A DNA stretch of 62,095 nt. Origin: an uncultured Clostridia bacterium (GTDB lineage Bacteria > Bacillota > Clostridia > TANB77 > CAG-465). The DNA lies in contig CAKPJL010000005.1 of assembly GCA_934162655.1 (NCBI GenBank), positions 1 to 62,095 of the forward strand, written 5' to 3'. The notes beneath the pieces were generated by a model. That model made no database searches and was not told the DNA's origin. It was given only the letters and a program-made list of their open reading frames with translations. Shown piece after piece: positions 17,860 to 27,738 of the stretch. Position numbers and translations under genes: made by a program. The first letter of the stretch is position 1; every line of letters starts with the position of its first letter.

Positions 17860-19352
17860 AAAAGAGTTAATCATATGGATAATATACTGTTGCTTTACTT
17901 TTGCTCTAATATTCTTTCATGAAAATTGGCGTGACGAGGCTCAAGCTTGGCTTATAGCAAGGGATTGCAGTATACTAGAACTCATCCGGAGCCATGAAAT
18001 ATGAAGGACACTTTCTTTTATGGTATTTAATATTAATGCCATTTGCTAAATTAGGATTTCCATATATAACAACAAACATTATAAGTTGGATAATAGTAAG
18101 TATATCTGTATTGTTAATATTAAAAAGAGCACCTTTTAAATTTTACAAAAGAATACTATTAATATCATCATTTCCGTTTTTATACTTATTTCCTATTATA
18201 TCTCGATGTTATTGCTTGATACCACTTGCAGTCACACTTATGTGCATTTTTTACAAAGATAGAAAACAAAAACCTTTTAGATATCTAATTTCTATTGTAA
18301 TTCTTGTAAATACACATATAGTCATGCTTGGAATGTCTGGTATAGTATTACTAGATTATATATTAGAACTTATTTCAAATTGGAAAGTTTTATTAAAAAA
18401 TGAGAAGAAAGTTGCAATAATTAGTCTTACAATTTGCATTATTTTACTAATAGTTTCTATATTACCACTAATTGGTTGCCTAACAACAAACCAGGATATA
18501 TTATATAATAATAATAATATATTAACCAAAACATTTAATGCAATAGTTTTTATGCCACTAAGTATAATAAAACAATTATATAGTTTATATATAACAAATC
18601 AAATAATAATTAATGTTATTCTACTTTCAACAACTTTTTTGATATTCTGTGGAATAAAAAATTGTCTACTAGATACTTTAAAAATATGGTTGTGTATTTT
18701 ATGGCAATGTGCAATTTATTCATTTATATACAGTCTTTCACCTCAAAGATCAGCAACAGTTATATTTATTTTGTTATATTTTATTTGGACGAATAAATAT
18801 AAAAAACAAAAGCCAGCAACAAGCTTTGATAATAATATAGCAAATATTTGTTGTATTATTTTAATATCTTTAAGCGTTATACAAGGATTATTAACCATTG
18901 TATCTTATGAAATAAAATACAATTATTCTAATGCATATAAAGTAGGAAATTATATAAACAATAATATAGATAATGATAGCATAATATTAAATGGTTCCCG
19001 AGTTGAATATGCAAGTAGCATAATCCCATATGTAAATAAAGACATAAAATTTTATCACATAGAAGGAGATAGATATTTTAGCTATGCAATATGGGACAGT
19101 CAAAATAAAGCTAAATTATGTATAAAACATATTGAAAATTTAGCTAACATTTTTGATAAAGACCAAAAATTATACTATATACATTGTACTGGCAAATCCA
19201 AGGTCATAAAAGATATTTCAACTATTAGTGAAAATAATTTAATTGATGAACTAATAAAAAAAGGAGCTTTTAAACAAATTTTTTATACAGACAATACATC
19301 ATTATGTTCAGAAGATTATATCATGTATGAAGTAATCTTAGAAAACTTATGA
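17837..19352 (+). pseudogene. Large polytopic membrane protein (GT-C-like glycosyltransferase candidate) split by a +1 frameshift
   Basis: A 55-codon ORF (17837-18004, GAGGTGA RBS, one TM, ending RDEAQAWLIARD...) runs into the 452-aa ORF that starts at 17994 without a usable RBS. The frames can only join within 17979-18001. Confidence 0.6.
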
Positions 19353-19377
19353 TAATGTAGACAATATCTTTATAAAT

Positions 19378-19420
19378 CCCCTTTACACATATTAGTAGTG
19401 TAAAAGGGGATGATTTTTTC
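19378..19420 (+). terminator. Intrinsic terminator
   Basis: CCCCTTTACAC pairs with GTGTAAAAGGGG, followed by a T run. Confidence 0.5.
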
Positions 19421-19760
19421 CTTACAATGTCTTATTTGGTATTTAGGATAGAAATATACTATCATGTCTATGAAGCTCCATAAGCATATCACTAGATTCA
19501 ATTTTGTAGCCTATTCCTCCATATCAGGGATGAAATCATTCTTTCCAAGAAAAATTATTACTTCAAATTTATTTCCTTATATAACTGAGAGTGCAAAAAA
19601 GCTTCATCAATTTATCAAATTTTATTCTTGCTTAACTACCCGCATTTAACGGCATTCTTTGATTTTAATATTGTTTTTAAACAACAAAAAATCAACCAGA
19701 TTTTATTTTCTGATTGATTTTTGTATCTATCTGTTTTATTAGTTCGAACAGATACATCAT

Positions 19761-19849
19761 TGGTGGGAATGATCGGAATCGAACCGATACGACTTTTAAG
19801 GGTCGCAGGATTTTAAGTCCTGTGCGTCTGCCAGTTCCGCCACACTCCC
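19761..19849 (-). tRNA. tRNA-Leu (TAA)
   Basis: Acceptor is GGGAGTG/CATTCCC. Anticodon loop is CTTAAAA. It has a long variable arm, T loop TTCGATT, and CCA is encoded. Confidence 0.9.
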
Positions 19850-19904
19850 ATAACTGACAACATTAATTATAGCATTTTAATTTAATATTGTCAATATTTT
19901 TTTC

Positions 19905-20258
19905 CTATTTTTTTATTTCTATGTCACTTGCAGATATAGAAGGTGGAAAGGTTTCACTAACTATTCCATCATATTCTATGATGATTAATTGTCCTTCTTC
20001 TATTTTGGACATTATTTCTTCTGAAATGTTTGAAGTTCCAACTAACACTATACCTGTATAATTATTTTTATTCTTAGAGGTAACATTAACATTTATACTA
20101 GAGTTATTTTTAGATATTACTGTTCCTTCAATTTTATAAGAAGACTTTACCATATATTTTCCATCTAGAAAACTTATAAAGTAAGCAAAAAATATTCCTA
20201 CTAATATTCCTAGTGCTATACACACTGAAATTATAATATATTTAGACTTTATTTGCAT
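19905..20258 (-). CDS. Hypothetical membrane-anchored protein
   Basis: GGGAGGAA RBS. Single N-terminal TM helix. Confidence 0.5.
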   Translation of the reverse strand: MQIKSKYIIISVCIALGILVGIFFAYFISFLDGKYMVKSSYKIEGTVISKNNSSINVNVTSKNKNNYTGIVLVGTSNISEEIMSKIEEGQLIIIEYDGIVSETFPPSISASDIEIKK

Positions 20259-20314
20259 AAAAATATTCCTCCCTATATGTATATAATATCATTAATATTT
20301 AATTTAATCAAGAA

Positions 20315-20344
20315 AAAGTAGAGTATTAAAAAACACTCTACTTT
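20315..20344 (-). terminator. Terminator after tsf
   Basis: AAAGTAGAGT pairs with ACTCTACTTT. Confidence 0.5.
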
Positions 20345-20348
20345 ATTA

Positions 20349-20999
20349 TTAGCCATTAACTTGCTTCATAACTTCTTCTGCAAAATTTGTTTCTTCCTTT
20401 TCAATTCCTTCTCCACGTTCAAATCTAGCAAATCTTCTTATAACTATATTTTCACCTATTTTTGCAATAAGCTCTGTTAAAAGTTGACCTACTGTCTTGT
20501 CTGGGTCTTTAACAAAAGGTTGTTCTAAAAGACAAATTTCTGCACAATAACTATCAATAGCACCTGGTAATATTCTTTCTTCTACAACTTTTTCTGGTTT
20601 GCCTTGTGCAATATATTGAGCTTTAAGAGATTCTTTTTCTGCTTCTAACTCAGCTGCTGGTATCTCTTCACGTCTAACATATTTTGGTCCAACCGCTGCA
20701 ATATGCATAGCAACATCTTTTACAAATGCTTTGAAATCGTCATTATTTGCAACAAAGTCTGTTTCAGAATTTACTTCAACTAATGAACCATATTTACCAT
20801 TATGTATGTATGCTTCTACTAATCCTTCTGATGCAACTCTACCAGCTTTTTTGGCTGCTTTTGCAATTCCTCTTTCTTTTAAAAGTTCAACTGCTTTTTT
20901 AATATCACCATCAGTTTCTACTAGAACTTTCTTACAATCCATAATTCCAGCACCTGTCATATCTCTTAACTCTTTAACTTGTTCAGCTGTTACTGCCAT
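20349..20999 (-). CDS. tsf: Translation elongation factor Ts (short form)
   Basis: N-terminal UBA-like VKELRDMTGAGIMDCKKVL, plus SETDFVA. Confidence 0.95.
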   Translation of the reverse strand: MAVTAEQVKELRDMTGAGIMDCKKVLVETDGDIKKAVELLKERGIAKAAKKAGRVASEGLVEAYIHNGKYGSLVEVNSETDFVANNDDFKAFVKDVAMHIAAVGPKYVRREEIPAAELEAEKESLKAQYIAQGKPEKVVEERILPGAIDSYCAEICLLEQPFVKDPDKTVGQLLTELIAKIGENIVIRRFARFERGEGIEKEETNFAEEVMKQVNG

Positions 21000-21018
21000 A
21001 AAAAATACCCCCTTAAAA

Positions 21019-21879
21019 TTATTCTTCTGTTGTTACTTTTTTAGCTTCTATTTCTTCTGATTTTTCTTTTTTTGCATATCCATTTTGTCTTGGTTGTCTA
21101 TTATTTTGTCTTGGTTTTCTTTCTATTTTATCTACGCCTACTTCTTTAACTAATTCGTCCATTGTTAAAGTATCTTGGTCATTAGATTCTGTTAAATTGC
21201 CTTCTTTTGCTTCAATTATAGCATCTGCAATTTTAGAAGCAATTAAAGATACGGATTTTACAGCATCATCATTTCCTGCTATAACATAATCAACATCTTC
21301 TGGATTACAGTTAGAATCGATTAATCCAATAGTAGGTATTTCAAGTTTTCTAGCCTCTTTTGTGCAGATGTATTCTTTTTTAGAATCTGCCAAAAAGATA
21401 AGTGATGGAAGTTTTTCCATAGTTTTAATTCCACCTAAATTTGTGTTAAGTATTTGCATTTCTTTTTTAAGACCAATTACTTCTTTTTTAGGTAAAACAT
21501 CAAATGTTCCATCTTGTTCCATTTTTTCTAATTCAACAAGTCTTGCAATTCTTTTTTTAATAGTTGCAAGGTTAGTTAGTGTACCACCTAACCATCTACT
21601 GTTGATGTAGTACATTCCACATCTTTCAGCTTCTGTTTTGATAGTTTCTTGTATTTGTTTTTTAGTACCAACAAATAAAACTGTACCACCAGCTGCTACA
21701 ACTCTTTTTGTTAAATTGTAAGCATCTTGTACTTGACTTAAAGTCTTTTGCAAGTCTAGTATATAAATACCATTTCTTGCTGTGTAGATGTATGGAGCCA
21801 TTCTTGGATCCCATCTTTTTGTTTGATGTCCAAAGTGAACACCAGCTTCTAGTAATGATTTCATAGGTATAATTGCCAT
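21019..21879 (-). CDS. rpsB: 30S ribosomal protein S2 with a charged C-terminal extension
   Basis: [19 protein letters not shown] and WLGGTLTN motifs. Immediately upstream of tsf. Confidence 0.95.
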   Translation of the reverse strand: MAIIPMKSLLEAGVHFGHQTKRWDPRMAPYIYTARNGIYILDLQKTLSQVQDAYNLTKRVVAAGGTVLFVGTKKQIQETIKTEAERCGMYYINSRWLGGTLTNLATIKKRIARLVELEKMEQDGTFDVLPKKEVIGLKKEMQILNTNLGGIKTMEKLPSLIFLADSKKEYICTKEARKLEIPTIGLIDSNCNPEDVDYVIAGNDDAVKSVSLIASKIADAIIEAKEGNLTESNDQDTLTMDELVKEVGVDKIERKPRQNNRQPRQNGYAKKEKSEEIEAKKVTTEE

Positions 21880-22031
21880 TTAAATTCCTCCTTCTTTTAA
21901 TAAAATCCTCCATAGATATCAACATATTTTGAAACCATAATGGCAGAAGTCAAAATACTACTTCTATGTGTGTATATCTTTTGCATAATGCAAAAAACAC
22001 TTGCCAAATGCAAGTGCTTTAATTATAACAT

Positions 22032-22068
22032 AAAAGCACCAACAAATCAATAGTTTGTTGGTGCTTTT
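22032..22068. terminator. Strong bidirectional terminator
   Basis: AAAAGCACCAACAAA pairs with TTTGTTGGTGCTTTT. Confidence 0.6.
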
Positions 22069-22075
22069 TTTACAT

Positions 22076-22381
22076 TTAAGCTATTTCAACTTCTTCGTCT
22101 TCGATACCATAGATATTTACCTTCATACCATCCAAATGGACATGTCTGCTAAACTTTGCAAACATTATCTCATCAAAATCTTTTTCAAGACACTCCATTA
22201 CATTTGGTGCGTCAGATGCAATTAAAATCTTTTCGTGCGTGAGTTTGCCCTCAACATATACTCTTAACTCATAGCACTGCTTAAAGAATTTTTCTTCGCC
22301 TGCTATTGCCTGCAAAAAACTCGCAAGCATCATAGCCTCTGTTTTTGCTTCTGAAACTGTCTTCTTAACTAAGTTTGCCAT
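22076..22381 (-). CDS. Hypothetical small protein (101 aa)
   Basis: RBS present. G+C is visibly higher than the neighbours. No motif recognised. Confidence 0.5.
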   Translation of the reverse strand: MANLVKKTVSEAKTEAMMLASFLQAIAGEEKFFKQCYELRVYVEGKLTHEKILIASDAPNVMECLEKDFDEIMFAKFSRHVHLDGMKVNIYGIEDEEVEIA

Positions 22382-22537
22382 TACTTGTATCCTCCTGTTT
22401 TTTATTTACCTTATAATAATTACATAAGATATTTGCCAACAAAATTATTTAAGGCATAGTCAATTACAAGTAATAATATTATACTCTACATTGCTGTCAT
22501 TTGTCAACACTTTGTCGAATTTTGTCTAATTTACATA

Positions 22538-23143
22538 TTAAAATAATACAACGACTATACTTATTATTGCTTTTACAATTTTCCATCCAAATAAAGATAG
22601 TATAAAAAGTGGCAACAAACTTTTAGTAGATCTATAATAAATACTAGCGAGTTCTTCTGCCTCACTATTATCAATCTTACTTAATAAGTATTTTTTTGAT
22701 ATCTTTGTAGAGCTAAACACTGCATCAAATTCTAGTATTGACCTAAATATTATTGACAATACTAATACCCCTAAATATATATACATTAACATACTATTTT
22801 TAATAAAAATATTTGCAATAAAAGTAATCAAAAACAATACCATTTCTAAATTTGAAAAAATAAAGTTTAACCATTGCATTAATTTAGATTGTATTGAATG
22901 CCTACACTCATGTGCAATCAAACAAATTCTTGAAACTCCACTATTATTCTTTTCATTATCTGCTAAATATATTGTATCTTTTAAAAACACATAATAACTA
23001 TTAGCCAAATCCTTATCTTTTTGGACTTTTGTAGTTTTATTTCCAAGCAACTTTAAAATATCATCTGTAACTTTTTCATTATCTGGAAGTTTTTTTACTA
23101 TATCTTTTAATCTCTCATCATTTTCATATTCTAAAAATTTCAT
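22538..23143 (-). CDS. Membrane protein with HExxH zinc-metallopeptidase motif
   Basis: HECRH followed by three or four TM segments. Start overlaps the upstream stop. Confidence 0.55.
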   Translation of the reverse strand: MKFLEYENDERLKDIVKKLPDNEKVTDDILKLLGNKTTKVQKDKDLANSYYVFLKDTIYLADNEKNNSGVSRICLIAHECRHSIQSKLMQWLNFIFSNLEMVLFLITFIANIFIKNSMLMYIYLGVLVLSIIFRSILEFDAVFSSTKISKKYLLSKIDNSEAEELASIYYRSTKSLLPLFILSLFGWKIVKAIISIVVVLF

Positions 23144-23481
23144 TAAAATTCAACTATCTCCTTAACCGTCTCTCCCATTATTTTTTGCATGTCAGCAAGC
23201 ATGATATTAAGTCTCATCTCATTTTCTAATAATTTTCTTATATCTTCTTTTTGAACTAGAATTGAATATAAATTTTCAAGTTCTTTTTGTGTAGCTTCAT
23301 CTGCATTTCCTTTTGTCATATATTCAACTTGTTGTTTAGCTTGTTTTTCTTTAAATTCCTTTAGTTTTGAATAATCATCTTCATTTAGCTTAATTCTATT
23401 TTTTAATTCTATAAATTGTTTATATTCTTCTGTTTCTTTAAAACTCCTTGTTAACTCATGTATTTTATCATAAAAATTCAT
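23143..23481 (-). CDS. YlbF/YmcA-family helical protein
   Basis: Size and pattern (FYDKIHEL...EEYKQF...LKEF...) resemble UPF0342/YlbF. Confidence 0.55.
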   Translation of the reverse strand: MNFYDKIHELTRSFKETEEYKQFIELKNRIKLNEDDYSKLKEFKEKQAKQQVEYMTKGNADEATQKELENLYSILVQKEDIRKLLENEMRLNIMLADMQKIMGETVKEIVEF

Positions 23482-23578
23482 AATATCACCCTTTCTTGTT
23501 TTATATTATATCACACTTACAAAATATTTCACTACTTTTTTTAATAAATAGAAAAAAAGCGAAAATAAAATCGCTTTT

Positions 23579-24781
23579 TTACTGATTTGTACTTTGTTTT
23601 GTAGACTCAACTATCCTCATATTTGTACTATAATCATTGTTAACTTGAACTTTTACTCTAATAGAATCTTTTACTAACATATCTTTACTTTCATAAACTA
23701 TATTCCCATATATATCTTTTCTTATTTTTTTTGTAAATTCTATATTTGCTATCAAACTTTCCTTATTTTTAGTAGTTTTATATTCACCTATAAAATCACC
23801 TAAAGAATATATAGCATAAACATGTAACTGTTCTTCATCTTTTTTTATTAAATCTTCCACTTCTTCTTGAGGTGCCTTTGTACCTGTACCAAGTACCACA
23901 TTTACTCCAGCGTCAAATAACATCTCTGTTCCTTGCTTTTGAGCACTACTTACAATCTCTTCATTGTCATTTTTCACATTTAAATATGCAATTATAAAAT
24001 CAACATCTTGGGATTTTAAATAATCTATATCTGTTTTTAAGTCGTCTTCATTTAAAACATCCAAAACATATTCATTACTTTTACCCATAAGTACATTAGA
24101 ATTTCTTGTATATGAAAGTATACCAAGTTTTATATTGTTTTTTTCAACTATAATTGGTTTACCATCATCTAAACTGCTATTTAATCCAACTTGATTTAAT
24201 TTAGCCTCTTTTATATTTTTTATAGTATCTAGTGCTCCAGCCTCACCTTTATCAAGGCTATGATATGAAGCCGTTGCAACATCAGATACATTTAACTTCT
24301 TTAGCAACTGAAGTATTTCAAGTGGTGCATTATAACTGTCCGATTTGGTATATCCATATTTACTACCAGCAACCGGTGTAGATAAAGAAGATACAACTAC
24401 ATCATAATCTTTTAATTTTTCTTGTATATCCTCTGTACCAGAAATAAAATCATATCCATTTGATATTTTAGAACCATTTAATATATTTTGTGTTATGTAT
24501 ATATCTCCTAGTCCAGCAAATTTCAAGCTATATTCTTCTTGTGTAATTTTATTTTTATTTATTAAAAATTTATTTGAAACAAAATTGTACAATTTGGCCT
24601 CTTCTTTATCTATTTTTCCAAACGTATAATAAGTTAACTTTATTACCTCAAATATCATAAATATTGAAAGTAGTAAAAATATAATCATAAATAACACATG
24701 ACTTTTTTTTAACTTATTTACTTTGACACTATCATTAATATTTTCAATATTATCTTGACAATTTAAATTACCTTTTCTCAT
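23579..24781 (-). CDS. CapA-family (PGA_cap, metallophosphatase-fold) membrane-anchored protein
   Basis: N-terminal TM helix. FAGLGDIY and other motifs resemble poly-gamma-glutamate synthesis CapA. Confidence 0.65.
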   Translation of the reverse strand: MRKGNLNCQDNIENINDSVKVNKLKKSHVLFMIIFLLLSIFMIFEVIKLTYYTFGKIDKEEAKLYNFVSNKFLINKNKITQEEYSLKFAGLGDIYITQNILNGSKISNGYDFISGTEDIQEKLKDYDVVVSSLSTPVAGSKYGYTKSDSYNAPLEILQLLKKLNVSDVATASYHSLDKGEAGALDTIKNIKEAKLNQVGLNSSLDDGKPIIVEKNNIKLGILSYTRNSNVLMGKSNEYVLDVLNEDDLKTDIDYLKSQDVDFIIAYLNVKNDNEEIVSSAQKQGTEMLFDAGVNVVLGTGTKAPQEEVEDLIKKDEEQLHVYAIYSLGDFIGEYKTTKNKESLIANIEFTKKIRKDIYGNIVYESKDMLVKDSIRVKVQVNNDYSTNMRIVESTKQSTNQ

Positions 24782-24817
24782 AAAATCCTCTTATATATTT
24801 TTTTATTTTATAATTAG

Positions 24818-24846
24818 ATTATACAAGAACGCCTTAATTTTTTCAA
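24818..24846 (-). promoter_or_regulatory. Near-consensus sigma-A promoter for the CapA-like gene
   Basis: On the minus strand: TTGAAA (24841-24846), 17 nt, TATAAT (24818-24823). Confidence 0.5.
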
Positions 24847-24860
24847 GTGTTTAAATAAAT

Positions 24861-25649
24861 TTATAAACTTTTGCAAATATCAAATTGCATCGCACTAAGC
24901 TTTGTTTTAGTGTTACTTACCATTTTTGTGATATTTTGAATCAAATTGTTTTCATTTTCACACTCTCTATCATTTTGTACTGCTTTTGATTTTCTTGATA
25001 CTTCTTTGGATATATCATTCATCATATCTATATCAAATTTTTTGTATGCTTCGTGCCATTTTTCGCATATGCTCTTAAAACTTTCTACTTTTTTATTAAA
25101 TTTTTCAAAACCTTGTTTTAATTTATCTATAAAATCTTTACTTGAAATAAAATTTTTTATTGAGCTAGTCAAAGCTTTTCCAATATCAGAGAATATATTA
25201 TTTTTTAAATACTTATTACAAACTATATCAATCCCTGCACTAAGCATTTTGGTAAGTCCACCATTTAGTGCAACATTTTGTAAATTTTTTATATCTTTTA
25301 AAATTGTTACAGGCATTTTCAAAAATTCTAGTCCCTCTTTTATACTACTTAAAACAGCAGTTTTTATTATATGTTTAAAATCATTACTTTTTAGTGCCTC
25401 TTTCACATCAAGAGCAACTTCTTTTACTCCATCTGAAATAGGCAATGCCTTTATTGCATAATTTATACCCTTATCTAATATATCCTCTACTATTTTAGTA
25501 AATTGCTTAACATTTTTTACTTCATCTACATTTAACTCATTTTGTAAATCCACACTATTATCAACTACCACTTCATGACTATCTATTTTTTCAGCTTCCT
25601 GTATTAATCTATTTGCAGTTAATTCTGCTTTACTTAATTCTAATTCCAT
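24861..25649 (-). CDS. Hypothetical all-helical protein, last gene of the secretion-like operon
   Basis: GGAGGAA RBS. Starts 3 nt after the upstream stop. No TM segment and no recognised motif. Confidence 0.5.
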   Translation of the reverse strand: MELELSKAELTANRLIQEAEKIDSHEVVVDNSVDLQNELNVDEVKNVKQFTKIVEDILDKGINYAIKALPISDGVKEVALDVKEALKSNDFKHIIKTAVLSSIKEGLEFLKMPVTILKDIKNLQNVALNGGLTKMLSAGIDIVCNKYLKNNIFSDIGKALTSSIKNFISSKDFIDKLKQGFEKFNKKVESFKSICEKWHEAYKKFDIDMMNDISKEVSRKSKAVQNDRECENENNLIQNITKMVSNTKTKLSAMQFDICKSL

Positions 25650-25652
25650 AAC

Positions 25653-26561
25653 TTATTCCTCCATTTCAGACATCTTTGAAAATATTATAAATATTACTAT
25701 ATAGAATAGAATATCTATATTAACTATTAATTTTCCAATAAAACTTTGTGTTATTATTAACTTGTATTCTGGGTTTGCAAATACAAATCCAAATAACATA
25801 TAAACATTTATGACTATAAGAACTAATAACACAAGTCTTGTTCCCAAACTCTTTTCTTTTTCATCTTCCCTTTGATTACCTAATTTTACAATTATTTTTA
25901 AGTATTTATCAATTAGGGCAGTAAAATCTCCTCCGTTCATGTAACAATACTGCAAAGCAGTTATAAACTCACTTATTTTAGCTATTCCTATATCAAACTT
26001 TAATTCCTCAAAAGCATCAAATATTTTTACTCCGTTTTCAACTTTATTATTAAATTTTAATATATATGGTTCTAATTCTTTACTAGGATTTGCCTTTCTA
26101 AAAGCAATGACTATATCATTTTCTGTCTTTGTATAATTTTTTAAAGTGGCAAGATATGTTGGTAGTTCACTCATAATTTTTTGCTTAGTACGTATCTTTA
26201 AAAATTTTATAATTTGATAGGGTAACACGAACATATATAACGATAAAATAACTGAAGATGATATAATTTGTAAAACTTTATATGAGCTAATAAACATTAT
26301 AAAAGACAAAACTAATGAGATAAAAATAATAATTACAGGAGAAAATTTAAATTTTCCAACTTTATAATTTAGATTTGTTAAAATAAACTTCTTTATACTA
26401 TAAAAAGAACTTTTATTATATAATTTTTCTTTAAAATTCAAATTCTTAACTTTATATATATATTTACTTGATTCTTTAAACTTTATTATAATCATAACTA
26501 AACAATATATAATAGTAATTAATAGTATACTAAATAATATACTAAAAATATTATTCTTCAT
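25653..26561 (-). CDS. T2SSF-domain platform protein (TadB/TadC/GspF-like)
   Basis: One N-terminal TM, a second TM, a cytoplasmic helical domain (LPTYLATL...DAFEEL...FITALQ...GGDF), then C-terminal TMs. Overlaps the upstream gene. Confidence 0.75.
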   Translation of the reverse strand: MKNNIFSILFSILLITIIYCLVMIIIKFKESSKYIYKVKNLNFKEKLYNKSSFYSIKKFILTNLNYKVGKFKFSPVIIIFISLVLSFIMFISSYKVLQIISSSVILSLYMFVLPYQIIKFLKIRTKQKIMSELPTYLATLKNYTKTENDIVIAFRKANPSKELEPYILKFNNKVENGVKIFDAFEELKFDIGIAKISEFITALQYCYMNGGDFTALIDKYLKIIVKLGNQREDEKEKSLGTRLVLLVLIVINVYMLFGFVFANPEYKLIITQSFIGKLIVNIDILFYIVIFIIFSKMSEMEE

Positions 26562-27738
26562 CCCTTTTACCTCTCTTATATTCTAAATTTATAGTTATTT
26601 TTTCTTTATCACTATCGTAGCTAACACTTGCAATTTCTTCTACCTTATAATTTTCCATATATACTAAATAATCAATACTGTTTGCAAGTAAAACTTTTAT
26701 AAAATCTTCTTTATAATCAGAGTATCTAACATCTCTTTTTATTAATGTTATAAGTCTATCAATTGTATTTTTAGAACTATCTGAATGTACTGTTCCCATG
26801 CCAATATGTCCTGTGGATATAGCGTCAAGAAATACAGCGGTTTCTGCACCTTTTAATTCTCCTACAACAAGTACATCATTTGACATTACAAGGCAGTGTC
26901 TTAACAATTTTTCTAGATTAATCTTTTTTGAAATGTCTCTATTTTCTAAGATTTCTCTTTCTATAACATTTCTATCTTTAATATATAATTCTGCTGTTTC
27001 CTCACTAATTGTAATTGCAAATTCTTCAGGAATTTTATATATCATTTCTCTTAAAAGGGTCGTTTTACCACTTCCTCCTCTTCCAGCCAAAATAACATTT
27101 TTCCCTTTGCTAACTATTTTACTAATTATTTTATATGATTTTGCATCAAGCATTTCATCATCTAAATACAAAGTTTCAAGGCTTACAGAGGAATTTAACC
27201 TATGTATCCTTATAACTAAACTAGGTGATATAACATTAACTGGAGAAATTCCTGCTTCTATTCTTAAATTATATTTTTTATCACTTACAACCACTATTGG
27301 AGTTTCAAAGTTTATACTAGCATTATTTTTTAAGATTATATATCGTATATAATCAATAAATTCTTCCTCTGATTTAAATTTTTCTTCTACTTTTTTCCAC
27401 TTTCCAAGTGATTTTACATAAATTAAATCATATTTAACAACCCTAATATCTGTTACATTTGGCATAGTAATATATTTATGCAAAATGTCATACCCAAATA
27501 ATTTTGAAAACAATACTTGAATAATTTGATTTATTTCAATTTCAGATTTTATATAATATTTTGTACATATATATTCTTCTAATTTATTTTTTAATGCATC
27601 CTTTAGCTCATCTTTTAAATAATCAATATAATTATTTATAACATACTTTTGAAGCTCTGCAACTATGGAATCTCTATCTTGTTTTATATTACCTATCTTA
27701 TCATCTTGATTTTGATTAACAAATGGATTAACAATCAT
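26551..27738 (-). CDS. CpaF/TadA/VirB11-family secretion ATPase
   Basis: ITDIRVV N-domain. Walker A is LAGRGGSGKTTLL. Asp/Glu boxes, VVGELKGAE, and His box TGHIGMGTVHS. Confidence 0.85.
   Translation of the reverse strand: MIVNPFVNQNQDDKIGNIKQDRDSIVAELQKYVINNYIDYLKDELKDALKNKLEEYICTKYYIKSEIEINQIIQVLFSKLFGYDILHKYITMPNVTDIRVVKYDLIYVKSLGKWKKVEEKFKSEEEFIDYIRYIILKNNASINFETPIVVVSDKKYNLRIEAGISPVNVISPSLVIRIHRLNSSVSLETLYLDDEMLDAKSYKIISKIVSKGKNVILAGRGGSGKTTLLREMIYKIPEEFAITISEETAELYIKDRNVIEREILENRDISKKINLEKLLRHCLVMSNDVLVVGELKGAETAVFLDAISTGHIGMGTVHSDSSKNTIDRLITLIKRDVRYSDYKEDFIKVLLANSIDYLVYMENYKVEEIASVSYDSDKEKITINLEYKRGKRDEE

Noticed and set aside
19464-19649. 61-aa plus-strand ORF.
   Set aside because: It has no RBS and atypical composition. 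It lies between two terminators in what looks like decayed non-coding DNA.
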